A stretch of DNA of 64,000 bases, from NCBI RefSeq assembly GCF_000315625.1, contig NW_005434628.1, positions 37,508 through 101,507 of the forward strand, given 5' to 3'. Both the position numbers and the translations under genes were made by a program. The DNA comes from Guillardia theta CCMP2712. Taxonomy: Eukaryota > Protista > Cryptophyta. Each line of letters begins with the position of its first letter. Position 1 is the stretch's first letter. The notes under the pieces were generated by a model. The model made no database searches and was not told where the DNA came from. It saw nothing but the letters and a program-made list of their open reading frames with translations. Positions 41,955 through 56,403 of the stretch are shown piece after piece.

Positions 41955-42960
41955 CGAAACTTTGCAAACTTTCAAAGTTTTCAAACGCAAACTTTCAGGT
42001 CACAGGCTTCGAAAGTTCCGAGTCGCCGCCCGGCCGAGTCTGCGGCTCCGAGGCTCACTGCAGTGACGGTCCTGATTGTCCTCGTACTGATTTTTAACTT
42101 AACTTTGAGTCGGAGTAAAGAAGAGTCCGGCACAGCCGGGCCTGGCGGCCCGCGGCCTACCGGCGGCGTTAACTTGTTGTCAGAGTAAACACCGCTACCC
42201 GGGCCCGGCTCAGTGGGGCGCCCCAGCTGCCATTGAAGGCTTGCCGGGGGCCCGGCCGGCTGTGACTGATCATCAGATCATCGGATCATGTCCCGGATGA
42301 ATGGCCCGGTCTGAGTCCCGGGGGCAGTGCGACCCGGGCCCGAAGGCTCAGTGACTACCGGCTGATTAAGTTCTTCTTGAGTCCCTCCGGGCCCAGCTGA
42401 ATCCACCCCTCGGGTGATGAGGTAATCCAGACCCTATCCGTCCAATTATGACCCTCATTATTACATGCAAAGTACCCTACCATCGCCAAGGGGGTGGTAC
42501 CCCTAATCAAGATGGACCCTCTTGTTCAAAAGGCGCTATTCCAAGACCTTCTATGGGAAAAGGGATGGGTGGGTCTCCAAAAATATCGAGTACCCCTTCT
42601 TTTACCACTACTATGAAGAGGGGATAGGGGGTACTATGTCGTTATGGGGGTACTTTATGATGGAGGTGTAGCAAGCTCAAAGTGCGGTATACGTGGGGGT
42701 ACTTGAGTCTCAGGTTAATTTTGAAAGGTGGGGTGATAAAAAGTACGGGTAGTTGAGGAAATCATCGGTCTATGTTAGGGTAGGTGATGATCAATACCCC
42801 CTAATACTACTTCAAAATCATGATTTTAAGTAGGTAGGGTTATTGTCAAATGATGTTCAAAATGAGGATGGTCTCAGGTATGTGGGTGGGGTAGTGGAAA
42901 TACAATCTGAAGGTAGGTGGGGAGGAATCAAATCGATGGTGGTGACATGGCGGGATAGAA
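41955..42960. promoter_or_regulatory. divergent intergenic region: AT block, CCGG island with the 32-bp motif, then GGGGT/ACCCC tract
   Basis: Lies between a minus-strand gene start (~41638) and the ARF start (43255). Confidence 0.45.
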
Positions 42961-43245
42961 GGCGGGGGAGAGAGATGGAGAAGGGATGGAGAGGAGCGAG
43001 ATGGAGCTGAGAGAGACTGAACACAGTGTGTTCAAAGCGAACCAGCACCATGTGCGATGAATGCATCCTAATCTGTCATCTTTTCACTCTCATTGTTTTC
43101 AGTTCCCCCCTGAATGAGAAAATTGGTCAGAGAAAAAGTAGAATCATGTTTCGCACATTTATTTGCTCGCCTCTTCCTTCTTTGCCGCTCCATCACGCGC
43201 CATTTCTTACCCTTCGCTGACACCATTATTCCTGCAGAGCGATAA

Positions 43246-44094
<849 letters not shown>

Positions 44095-44297
44095 GCAGAA
44101 GTGAAGCATATTCGAGACAAAAATGTTCAATTCACAAACCTCTCCTACAGGATCCCTAGTTCGTAGCCAATAGTTGGTACGAACCATCTCGCGAGACTTT
44201 TGGTTTAAGTTGAGATGGAGATATTGGCAACATCATAAGCTTGTTGCTTTCTTGAAATTCATGAATTCGTTGACATACTCTACATGAGTCAAGCAGA

Positions 44298-45766
44298 TCA
44301 CATGATCAAACACTTCTTCTCCCCATCAGATCCTTCTTGACCAGCCTGTCGTCATCGTCATCCGCAGGCAGTATGAATCAAACTTTAGAACCTCGCACTG
44401 GAGTATCAGCTTCCGAAAGATCTCCTCGATGTTGGTGTTGAACTTGGCACTGCTCTCAATGAATGGAACGCCCCACTCATCCGCCAGCCGCTGTCCCTCC
44501 TCCGTAGCCACCTCCCTTTCATGGACCAGATCGCTCTTGTTGCCCACCAGCACCTGACCTCATCCATCAGAAGCGGAGAGCAAAGAGCGCAGAAATTCAC
44601 ATGAGGGATGTTCTCCGTCCCCACAGCATTCAACAGCTTGTCGCGGATGGTGCTGACCATGTCGAAGGACCTCCTCGACACGATGGAGTACCTGAGGTTA
44701 GCCAGGTTCAGCCCCTCCAAACAGACGACAAGTGGAGGGTACATGAGGATGTAGCCGTGGATCCCCATCGCATATCTCGTGTGAAATATTTGATATCTGC
44801 GTGCCATAGTGTCACAACCTCTTCCCCCACAGCCGTCAGAGCTCGTCTCACTCGTCCTGCCCTGCCGTGTCCAAAATGTCTGTCTGGTACTCGATCCCCT
44901 GTATCTCGCGTGAGAAGAAACACCAGCTATCAACATCCCCGGACCTTGTGCCGGATCACTTTCTGAAACGTGTTTTCAATCGTCGGGCTGTACGGCTCTG
45001 CAAAGTGACCTTCGGTGAACTGGATAGTGACAGCACTCTTCCCTGCGGCACTCGTGTCAACCTTGCAACCACCGCACCCCATGGATCTCACCCACTCCCA
45101 TGAACCCCAGGACTGCAATCTTCCGCTGCAACTTCTGCTTTGTGCTCGAAGAAGCTCCCGACCCGCTCCCCAGGGCATCGGAGAGCTTCCCACTGCAGCT
45201 CCGGTTGGCATCAATGAATGCTCTGAACTCTGGGCTCCCAGCCGCGTTAGGGTCTGCAACCTGCGAAGAGCACCGTGAGCTGGGTGGAGACAACGAAGAA
45301 TGGCAGGAGGACTAAACATGACGGGAGGAGCGGTCGAGAGCTCACCAAGTCCTTCAAGTACTGCTGCAAAAAGTTCTTCCTCTCCTCGACAAACTCGGGC
45401 TTCATGTTGCCTCCCATCTTCTTTTGCGGCAGTCGACCGGGGAACGAGGGATTCCTGGACGTCATTGTCGTTCAGCGGAGCACAGAATCTCCACCCCTCT
45501 CATACCTCTCCTTGATCTTCGCGTCCAGCTCGTGAAACTGTCGATACCTGCGAGCCAGAACGGGTGCAACAAACTCGGTCAGTCTGTATGCGCCAGCAGC
45601 ATGCATCAGAGCACCTCCTCCACACCACCCATGGTCCGATCTCACTGCGTAGCTCCACCTTGTACACAGTGAACTTCTTCCCTCCCTCCTCCCGCACTTC
45701 CGTGCCAGTGATCGTGGCGCTCTGAACTGGGAGACCGAGGGTCAGCGCAGGGAGAAAGTTGGTCAT
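44298..45766 (-). CDS. RHEB: Rheb GTPase with N-terminal PX domain and C-terminal CaaX; spliced
   Basis: PX: FTVYKV...[11 protein letters not shown]...LPQK...[13 protein letters not shown]. GTPase: [52 protein letters not shown]. Ends KKCLIM*. Confidence 0.93.
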
Positions 45767-46084
45767 TTCGGCCTCTCACCCCTCGTCGAGCGCTCCATTG
45801 GAACAAAGAATACAAGTACTGAAGAATAAGGTGTGAGGCAATCATGCACAGGGCAGCAGCAGTGCGAACAACTCTTGCGATGGGAACTAGGACTCCTGGC
45901 CTCCGCGCTCACCTTTCCCCTGCAGTCCCTCTTCCTCCTCAACATCGAATGAGATCGACAGCTCAAGCCATCATGCTTGCATCATCTTTCTCCTGTCTTC
46001 ATGTTCTATTCTGACCTCTCCCCACATCTCCCTCCCTCCCTCCCTCCCTCCCTCCCTCCCTCCCTCCCTCCTCCAGGTTCATCC

Positions 46085-46610
46085 GTCCACTCAGCCATAC
46101 CTACGCCCTCTACGAGGCAGTACCCCCTTTCCTTCCTCCCACCACCCCCTACTTTTCCCATCCACAGAATTCAAGTACCCACCCATTCTCATTGACAGTA
46201 CCCCACCATCAAATATCCCACAACAGCAACTCAAATGGACCGGTATCTCTGATACCTCCTTGAAATCATCCTGAGGTGAGCTCACTCTGTGGAGGTGTCC
46301 GTTGAAGACCACCCCACCCCCCAGTCTCCCAGTCAACCACGAATGAGGTCTGGACAGCTTCAGATGGAAGCAGAGTGTCTTGGGGTCATGTGGAAAAGGG
46401 GGGTACTGAAACGTATAAGATGGGGTGGTATTGATGAGTCGGGGGTGCCTGCGGCTGCGACTCGTGGGGTGGACTGTGGGCTGGGATGTAGGAAAATGCT
46501 GATTAGAGGGGGGTAGTTTGTAGGGAAATGGAGGGGTGGAAAAGGTGTATTTAGGGGGTAGGGGTATTGGCGATGAAGCATGCAGAGGGGGGAAAGATTG
46601 CAAATATGGT
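46085..46610. repeat. ACCCC-then-GGGGT intergenic tract between divergent genes
   Basis: C-rich left half, G-rich right half. Confidence 0.6.
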
Positions 46611-47054
46611 TGAAAGCGACGAGGGCTAGGAGGAGGAGGAGGAGGAGGAGGAGGAGGAGGAGGATATGAATGGAGAAGGGCGGGGGAAGAGGGAGGGAGG
46701 ATCAGGAAACGATCATGGATTCAGTGATTCCATCTTGGACGAAGAGTTGAATATTTTCATCGAAATGAGTCTGATCAGAGGTCTTTCCTGGGAGTAAGAG
46801 AGTAATAAGACAATGGATGAGAGACAACAGGGAATTTTGAGAAGATGAATAGGAAGACAAGACAGAGTTGAAGTCAGAGACAAGAAGAAGGCTTGATTGC
46901 CTCGATGTGTGCTCTTCTTCCGATGATATCAAACTAACGCTGTTGTGCAGGTCCTGACATTCTGGAGCGATTAGGTTCTCGTGTCCCTGCCATGAATGCC
47001 TGAACGTGCCATGGTCATGCGATCGCAAAGAAGACATCCCATGGCTGCAGATGG

Positions 47055-49271
47055 ATGCTACTGAAATCCGGGTCTACCTTCTTGTACTGGCTAGTTTTGA
47101 ACTTTGTATCAAAACTTGTGAGCTCGAGCGAGGCCGTTGAAGCTTTCTCGCTCCTCGAAGAATCTACTCTCACTTTCCATGCGGGCTACTTCTCCACAGC
47201 TACCAACCCTACTCTGCAACTGGTGGGCCCTTGCTGACCCCTGCGATCTAGTTGAGTGACAGAACTTGTCCAGGAATGCTCACAGACTGAGTGCAACGGC
47301 TGCGTGCTAAAATGTCTGACCTGTGAACGTGATCTTTCAGAAAAGCTTCGATCGTCTCACTCGGTCATCGCAGAAGTCGTCGGGTGTCAATCAAGCTGCG
47401 GGAACTGGACTTGTTTCACAGACTATCCAAAGCCTCACTGCGACCTGGATAGTGTACACATCTATTGTGAGACCATGGGCCACGCTAAGAAGATGGGGCA
47501 AATGCAAATGATCAAGAGAGGGAGTTGCTCGGCTCGATACTCCCTTTTGAGCCATAAAAACACGAAACAAGCTGCTGATGTCTATCGGTATACACTGACA
47601 GCAGACGATAACGAGAGCGGAAATATTCTCAAGAAAGGTATAGCCACTAAACCCCACAGGACAAAGGCAATCGAAGAGAGTCCTCCTTTCCGCTCCTCTC
47701 TCTCAACTTTCTCAGAGGTGGCGAAGAAGGAGAATGAAAGCTTCGCCGCTCCAGCATATGCGAGCTCGAAGTACGAATACCCAAGCAAATCGATCGAAAT
47801 TGAAAGATATCCTTTCGAAGACGGAGAGACAAAAGTGCGGATAGAGCAGCAAGATGAGGTAAACAATGCGCCTGCTGGCGGCGCTGATGCGGGAACATGC
47901 AAAGCCTCGGACAACTCGTACTACTCCTACTGGCCAGGCTGTCTTGGAACGATCTTGGGCTTCTGGATGTTATACTACAAGGGTCGATCGCTTCCGATTC
48001 GGGTCGGGCTGAAAAGACTTGGCCGTTCTCCCTACGCGCTTGACTCTGAGAACTTCGACGAGGGTTACGGAAGCGGGGGAGAAGGCAACCATGAGATCGA
48101 GCGAGACGGGGAAAACTTCGGGGAAGATGATGACTTGTTGTACGTGGAAGCGCCTCCGATGAAACCTAGATGGAAGACTTACACAGTGGACATGAGCCTG
48201 TTGTCTTCTAACGTCACTTCTCTCTTTGTTCTGTCGCACCTGTCTCAGCGGAACCATGCCCTGCGAAGACAGGACGGCGGTGGCTCCAGGCAGCCTTCGG
48301 CTATGAAGGGCAAGATTACAATGGACACACACCGTCGAGTAGGAATCAGAAATCTTGGCTCGACTTGCTTCATGAACGCTTGCCTGCAGCTCATGGCGAA
48401 CATCGAAGGGTTCGAGAGCGTCATCTTTGATAGCCTGGATGGCAACGACACGAGCGAGAAGTCAGAGATCGCCTGGCACATTGCGTCAGTCATCTCGGCT
48501 ATCCGTAACAAGTCCGTTGATTCCAGAGTATCAGCTGGGCTTGAGCTCGTCAAACGGGCAGGCAGAATTTGCATTGTACCCTCGAGAATCGTTTCCCTCC
48601 TGGACAAGCTGATGACGACTGGACATGTTGCAGGACAGCAGGAGTGCGCAGCGGAGTTCCTCCTGTACATGATCAACCACGTCGCCCAGTTCAAGCCCGT
48701 GTCGCAGTCGCTGCAGAAGACGATGGGGATAAACTTCAAGATCCACATCTCCTCTGAGTCGATGGGGATGAGCAACGTCAAGCAGGAGGTGGACTGGATG
48801 ATCCACTCTCCCATCAGCGGGGACTCTCTGGAGGATTGCCTGACGGACTACACGCGCACTGAGTCAGGCCTGCAAGTCGGAGACAAGCACGATGGAACGC
48901 AAAGGACACTAGTGGAGTCCTGCGGGGAGTACCTTCTGATCTGCCTCAAGAGGTTCAGCTTCCAGCAGTCGTCCAAGTCCTTCACCAAGGAGCGCAGGTC
49001 GGTTGCGGTCCCGCACACTTTCAACTTGAGCACCGTGCTCGAGGACGGACGATCGGAGGCGTACGAGCTCATCGGCGCCATCGTGCACATCGGAAGGGGG
49101 CTGGAGTCGGGGCACTACGTGGCCTACAGTCGGGTGGATGGAGCTTGGTTAGAGATGAACGATGAGGTTGTCAAGGTCGTGCAGCAATCCGAGCTGGACA
49201 AGACGCTGGAGGAGCAGGCGTACATACTCTTGTACCGACATGCCGTCGCGCAAGAAGACTCTAACGAGTGA
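47055..49271 (+). CDS. ubiquitin-specific protease with predicted signal peptide, Cys-rich region and transmembrane helix
   Basis: GIRNLGSTCFMNACLQ, QQECAAEFL, LLICLKRF, YELIGAIVHIGRGLESGHYVAY, WLEMNDEVV, AYILLY; exon 47055-47222 joins 47274 in phase via a 51-nt GT-AG intron. Confidence 0.88.
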
Positions 49272-49325
49272 GCCGCTAGAGTCTCTCGCTGTTTCTCGTG
49301 ATTGATAAGTTGGGCCCGCTGGGTT

Positions 49326-50400
49326 TTAACGTACATGAATGAAGATCATTGCTTGGTGTATGCGAACTCCTCGTGGCTGTCGGGAAAGCTGGCGAAGAGG
49401 CGGAGGAGGACTACCATCAGCCAGACCTTGATAGCCATCAGTCTCATTCCTCGCCAGCTCGCACATTCTCACCAGAACCGCGCAGACTGCTATGATGATG
49501 AAGTAGATGTTGTCCACCGACAGGACTTCTCGTGCCCCCAGCAGCAACGCTACGATGCCCAACGTGTGAACCACGAAGCCTAAGAGGCTAGTCAGAGCCA
49601 CCACTACCGCCGCCTCCTCCCACTGCTCCTGTTCGTCGTGCTACGGAGTCCTCTTCCTCCTCCTCCTAAACATCCCCCTCCCTCCTCACCGCTCGTCCCA
49701 TGCCAGCGGTGGACCTTCTGCCCGCTCGTCGACACTGACTGATACTGGACCACAGCAGGTCAGCCCATCGCACTTGACAGCATCGCCGACCTTGAGCCAC
49801 CCTATGGACATCTGCATGACGATTCCCGCCACAGTCAAGAGGCCAAACATTCCGTGCAGCGACAAGGCGAGGGGCTACGGGTATGTCAGGCGGCCAACAC
49901 CCTCTGCCGAGACGGCGACGTACCGAGTGATGCACCAGCAGCTTGTTAGTGACTGTGAAGAGCTTTAGAAGCTCCCAACTCCTCCTCCTTCCCACTTCCC
50001 CTCTCCCCACTTCCTCTACCTCCTCTCCCCCCCCCCCCTCCTCCTCCTCCTCCCTCGGCTCACTGATCACGACGAGCCCTACGAGCGCTGAAATCCCTCC
50101 TGCTATCTGCAGCTCCAGCTCATGATTTGTTTTCTTGCCCAAGAAGCATGAAGCTGACCAACCCACCTGCCATATCCTGTGCCCGTCCCTCACATCCTGG
50201 AGGTTTCGCTCGGACTCGCTCGTTGTCAACGATTCCAGTCTGTACCTGACCAGCCGTTTCAGCGCTCATTCACAACCATGGCACAGGCACATTGTCATCC
50301 CGTAAGGCAGGAGGGCCACCATCGCCGCTGCCATGGCGGTGGCATGGATTCCCAGCAGCAAAGATTGCTTAAAGACAACTGGTGTGTTTCTGTCAGTACC
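49326..50400 (-). CDS. cytochrome b561-domain membrane protein; spliced, ends approximate
   Basis: Four His-containing hydrophobic helices: LLGIHATAM, DGHRIWQIAGGISALVGL, LHGMFGLLTVAGIVMQMSIG, RWHGTSGFVVHTLG. Confidence 0.72.
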
Positions 50401-50869
50401 AGTACGACAGGAGACGCTGGCCAGGACAAGCTAGAACGCTTGCTATGGTCAATCCAAATCATACTATCTGTCTTAGTGAGTGTACGACCCTAACTTTCCC
50501 TCCCCTCGTTCTCCCTCCTGCGTTCAGTCCGATTCTTGCTTTCGATAGGACCCTCCCATCATTCGGCAGCAGAGCGTTTCTTCATGCAGCACTGTTTTTC
50601 ATCCATTCTTGCCCATAATTGACCTTATCAGGTTTCACCCTCCCCATGCCCCCGTCGTGCTTGCTTCGATTCCCCTCCTCTCCTCCTACGGCTCTAATTC
50701 ATCCGATTCATCCGATTCCCTCCCTTTTCCCCTCTCTTGCTCCTCCCTCCTCTCTCCTCCCTCGTCTGTATTCTCTTTTCTCCACCTCCTCCTCACCTTG
50801 AACGAGCGTCAACGCTATGATGCTGAACGCTACTGCCGGCGCCGCTTTTAAGACTCCCCAGGCCATGGC

Positions 50870-51750
50870 TGGCCACCACCTCATCAACACCATGTTATGT
50901 ACCCTCTTTATTTCTCTCATACCGGTACAATTAATTACCCCCACCCACTTTTCCCCATGTATATACCCACCATTTGCCAATATCGTACCCTCATGGACAA
51001 TATCACACCCACCTTTTACATTGACTACCCCCTTCCCCTACGCCGTTTCCTTAGAGAGCGTTGGACCCTACCCTTTGTCCAATTACCCCCTTCTATAACA
51101 TGTTTTAACCCACCCCTAGAGACCTCATTCTACCCCTCGGACATCCTCTACCCCTTCCTGTTCCCCAGTTTTTGTCAGGCCTGCCTCGCTATACTCGACA
51201 AACACCCAGGTACCCTTGTGATGACCTACCCCTACCCTACCCTACCCTACCCTACCCTACCCTACCACGGTAGTACCCAACATGGTCCATACCCCCAAGA
51301 AAAATACCCCACCTACTAAATTCGGGGAACCTGCAGATTTTATCACCGGTTACCAATACTACCCCTACCCACTCAATTTCTCGATCGGTCCCCAACATGT
51401 ACCACCCCAGTCTTGCAATCTCTGTTTTATGCTGCTAGGACCACCGACCCCATGGTGATGTTTGTTTTGCATGTACCCCTACATTCATCTATTCACCCAC
51501 CCCCAGATCTTCACACCCTCTTTAATCAGGTCGTTTACAGGGGTCTCTTGTGGCTGATGCCTACTCATCACCCTTCCAAAATTTTCACTACCCCTCATTT
51601 AGTGCCACTGATGCTACCCCACCCACTCTTCATCAGCCCACTCCTCGGCTACCAAAAAGAACCACCCTGACCCCAATTTCCATTGGAGAGTTTCGGGGTA
51701 GGGTATACAAACACCCGTTACTCCAACAGGAATCTAGGGGGTGGGGGTGA
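50870..51750. repeat. ACCCC/TACCC-rich intergenic tract including (CCCTA)n at ~51229-51265
   Basis: Directly visible; lies between divergent genes. Confidence 0.6.
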
Positions 51751-51957
51751 TTAAGCGAAAATGCCGGAGACAGAGGCGATTGACGAGGAGGAGGAGCGAG
51801 AAAGAGAAGAGAAGACGAAGAGAGAGCAGGAGAGGAGGGAGATAGCTGAGGGAAGTATGAGAGAGGCAAGGAGAAGTAGCGACAGTAGCGGTGTATGGTG
51901 GTCAGGGCATCGAGAGTGTGCAGAGCGCAACGAAGTGAAGTTCAGTGTAAGGATCTG

Positions 51958-53745
51958 ATGAGTTGGCCATATGAAGAAGAGTGGGAGATGTCTTTGTTGT
52001 TGATCAGCGTGATCTTCATAAGAATCTGTGTCAGACATAATTTGGTTATTGTTCCTCCCTGCCTTCGTTGCGAAACCTCATGACGTGTTGTGGCACAAGA
52101 TGGATATGCTACCAAGGCAACGCGCGGCGACGACCATCGTACACAGGAATGTGGAGGTCGAGACCAGCGACTATTATGACCACACGTAATTTCTGTTGAA
52201 CTGAAAATCCTTTGAGTTCTGACGGAGAGTCGCTCTCCTCTCTCGTCAGGTTTGCTGGTATCATGGTCAACATTGAAGCCTGCAATTTCTTGCCAGTAGA
52301 CTCGCTCTACGTCTTCTCGGTGTGGGTCAGGTTCGTTCGACTTGTTTCCCGGTGCTTGTAGCTTGAAATTCACTCCTCTTGCAGAGGCGACTTGGGTCCG
52401 ATGACCGTGTGGAGCACCCAGGTCAGCGAACAATCTACCTTTGTTTATTTCCGTTGTCCTTTAGTAGAAGTAGGAAACCCTGGTTGCAATAGGCTGGTCT
52501 TGTAGAGATTGCCTTTGTAGAGGAGGGGGTTTGGTATGTTGGGAGGTGCTTAACGAGTCTTGACAGAATGGATATCAAGGGAAAGAAGAATCTCAAAAGG
52601 ATTGGGTCTGCCATTACTCTAAGTTTCATGAGCCCAGCGTCGATCAGTTCCAGGAGATGAGGCTGCAGGAGCCGATCTGCCTGAAGCCAGGAGATCGATT
52701 TGGTGGAGCTATGACTCACCATCGCTCCTCCTGCATTGTTGACCTGATCGTCAGGCCTTTACGTGCACTCGGCGTGTTACGGCGATGATCAGATTGTCTA
52801 CGATAACCAGCGGCATCACGTTTCTCATTCTGTAAGGAGGAGAAGTCAGCATGGCGAGACCTCTGAAGCTGCTTCCTTGTTGTAGGACAACTTCCTGCGT
52901 ATCCTCCCTGGCAAAGCTCACCTGTCACACGAGCCCTTCAGTCCTACCCATGAGGTACATGCTTCGAATGTTTGCTGCGGGGCAGGGACTGACGGCTGCT
53001 GCTCAGAATTTTGGAGGATGGGGAAGACCATGGCGAGAGAATCGAGAGTTTGTAGGAAGGTGCAGGCGTCATGTTGGGGTTAAGAGGAGGAGATGAGAAT
53101 TCATGCGCAGGATTAGCTATGGAATTCGATGGTTGAAATGGGATCTAGACACCCACAACCTGTTCCCTCCTCTTATGAAGAAGTAATCCCGAAGCTTGCT
53201 CGCCTCGTCGCTGTTGGCCTCACTCGGTTTTAGGATGGTTTGGAGTGTGCTGATGTCAAGACACATCAAGGCCAAGAATAGGTAAGGAGCTCTGGAGAGT
53301 GAAAGAGGTTCAGGTGAGAGTGTGCATGGCAGTTTGTTATATCCCCTCGACGATGGGCATATCTTCTACATTCTCAACTCGCTTGACTGGTGGGAGATTC
53401 CAAGAATCGAAGAAGGTGAAGGGCAGAGAGAGGGGAGGGGAGGGGGGAGGGAGAGGGGAAGCTCTGACGTGAATCATTAGCGATGGAGCGAGAGATTCCT
53501 AAGAAGAGACTAGCTATGAAGCTCAAGCAAGCCAAGAAGCAGCTCAACTGCTTCCGCCAGGTGAGTTTGACAAGGAATTTGACCTCCTTGAACTGCTGGG
53601 TGACGGCATGAGCAGGAGCTGGACCATCTCCGCCTATCTGCTCGCCATGTGCTGAATCAGCTCATCAAGTCGCTGGACCTGATCAACTGCGAGGACTTGG
53701 GCCAGTCGGCCTTCCGTGCTGAAGAGTTGTGTGAGTCCGTCTACT
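51958..53745 (+). CDS. hypothetical spliced protein
   Basis: 3' exons join in phase (MVWSVLMSRHIKAKN|LLYPLDDGHIFYILNSLDWWEIP|...ELDHLRL); 5' part uncertain. Confidence 0.45.
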
Positions 53746-54049
53746 GAAGGCTCGACCGCTCCCTCGTCCTCTTTCACGTCAGTCGAACAGCTTCTAGTCT
53801 GTTCAGTTTTGTCTCTTCTGCAACGATTGTAACATCTTGCTTGCTTGTGTTTGTAGTAAATCTGTCACGGTGTAGAGATGCATGGAAGGAAAGGAGGAGG
53901 AGGAGGAGAAAGGAAATAAGAAAGGAAAGAAACTCAGACGTCGAAGACTTTGTTCGTGAAAGTTGTGTGAGGAGGCAGCGAAGGAGCAGAGGGAGGGGCG
54001 GCAGGCGCCATGGCACCTGAGGTCAACTCCTGACCTCAACGCGTCAGGA

Positions 54050-56000
54050 ACTAAAGGGAGGAGCAGGGAGATGAATCACCTCCTCCTCCTCCGACGGCTC
54101 CGGTGAGGAAAACATGATGGGAACCCCCCTCGTCTTCCTGCTGCCGATCATCCGTACAGGGCGGAGCACGACGGGCTGTCTGTTGGCGTTTTGAGCTTCA
54201 GAGCTCGAGGTCGACTTTAGCTGGGCCTGCCTTTCCTTCCAGGAATCTTGCCTTGGCTCCCTCCCTTTGCCTCCTGCTGTTCGTCTTACCCTCGAGTTTC
54301 ACAAACACACTCGTCAATATCACCAGCAGCAGCAAGCGACGATCTCACTCGTCTCTCCTCCTCCCCGTCATCGACATCCTCTTCTCTTCCCGCCTTCACC
54401 GTCACGTCGTCCGACGCCAGCTCCACGAAGTTGTGCATGCTTGACGACAGACATGCCGTGCTGTCAGAGCTGGAGCTGGAGTCGTCCAGCTCCTTGTGGG
54501 CTTGAGGAGGCTTCTGCCACTTGGCTGATGTACGTATCGGTGATCGATGATAGGTGTGCTTGCTTGCATGACCATCATTGTGTCGCTCCCCCCTGCTGTC
54601 GGGGAATCAGCGTGAGAATCTTGTAGCTCGGCTCTTCTCACATGGAAGCCTCTGGTGTCGCAGACGAGTCGAGTGACTTGAGCAAGGTTGTACGACTTGA
54701 GCCATTCAAAGAGCTAACGCTCATGACGTCAGATCTGACTAGTCCGAGCGAGAGGGAGAGGGAGGGAGGGAGAGAGGAGGGAGGGAGAGGGGGGGGGGAG
54801 AGGGGGGGCAGAGAGACGGAGGGCGGGAAGAGAAAACCGAGGGAGGGACTGAGGGAGGGAGGGAACGAGGGACTGAAGGAGGGAACGAGGGACTGAGGGA
54901 GGGACTGAGGAGGGAGGGAGAGAAACAACATCGCAAGTGGGGGGGGGGATAGAAAGCTTACGGCTTGATAGCTCTTCCATCAAGGTTAGATACATACGGT
55001 AAAGCACCTCTACCACAAGCTCACGACCAAGAACTAGATCTTCTGCACTGATACCTCGCAGACTTGCTGGAGCTGATTGACATGTGTGAAACGTTTTGAT
55101 TGCGTATTGAGATGTCTTCCTTGCCGTCGTGAGGCTCAGAGGTAAACGTCAACTCTTGCCTGTCATCGAATCTCAACGGAAAGGAGGAAGCAGCAGCACA
55201 AGTCACCATGCTCTCAGCAGCCTCCTGACCTCCCTGCCATAATGTCTGTTCGAAATCAGAATCCCGATCCTCCGAACCATGTTCCTATGGATGCAGCTCG
55301 CCAGCAGCCTTTCCATGATCTGACTAGTGCGTTTGCGAGCCATCCGGCGCTGGAAGAGGAAGACTTGCCGTGAGGCATGGCTCCTCTGAGACATGCTCGT
55401 CTTCCAATGGAGGAGGCAGAACCGCAGCAGATGCCGTCCGGATTGCATCGCAACGAGCCTCTGCATCGATCGGACCTGACGAGAGCGCGGGGCCTTCCTG
55501 TCCAGACCGTCGGTTTCTATGAGAAGGTCAGAGAACAAGTTTCGGATGTTGTTTGAAGTCACGGGGATGTGATGTTCTTTGTTTGAAGTCACGGGGAGGT
55601 GATGCTCTCTCAGGTGATGCTCTCTCAGCTGGCTGGATCTCAGCTTGCTTCTCGAGCTGCTGGGACCAGAGGCAACAGCAAGTCAGTCCTGCAGCAAGCA
55701 GCAACCGCCGCCAAGTACCGAGAAGTCATGGTTCAGATGGGAAGGACTAATCGAGCGTTAGCATGCACGGCAGGAGGGAAAGGAATCACCTGTATCTCTC
55801 GTGATGCATCTTCTTCTTCGGGAGCCTCTACAGAGTCTGTCAGTCAGCCGGCAAGGTGAAGTTTTCTTCGACTTGGCTGTTCGACATGCCAACTTGTTGG
55901 ACGAACAACTCGTCGTAGCCCGCGCGATGTCTCTGAAACCTCACAACATCTACAAGTTCTCTTGTCACAACCCCGATGAATCTTGAGCTCCCCCCCCCCC
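54050..56000 (-). CDS. hypothetical spliced protein
   Basis: Coding-like ORFs 55203..55592 and 54729..55016; no recognised domain. Confidence 0.35.
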
Positions 56001-56257
56001 ACCCTCCCGTTGCTCTCAGCACTTGCCTGCATACTCTTCTGTTCGCACATGCCGCGTCCTGATCCCCCACCCATCATCGTCAGGCTTCTCTACCTCAACA
56101 TCTTTCCTCCACGGCATCTCCTGACAGCAGGGTGAGGGGGTTTAGCTCATGGACCAGCCGAGCGTTGCGGAAGTCACAGAGGCTGTCTGCCCCCCAGCCT
56201 GTGCCAGATCCTTGTCTATCACCCTCCTCCCTCCTATACTTTCTGCATCACGTCTCG

Positions 56258-56403
56258 CTCCTGCTCCACCTGCTCCTCCTGCTCCTCCTGCTCCTCCTGC
56301 TCCTCCTGCTCCTCCTGCTCCTCCTGCTCCTCCTGCTCCTCCTGCTCCTCCTGCTCCTCCTGCTCCTCCTGCTCCTCCTGCTCCTCCTGCTCCTTCTGCT
56401 CCT
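56258..56403. repeat. 9-bp tandem repeat (CCTGCTCCT)n
   Basis: Directly visible. Confidence 0.95.
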
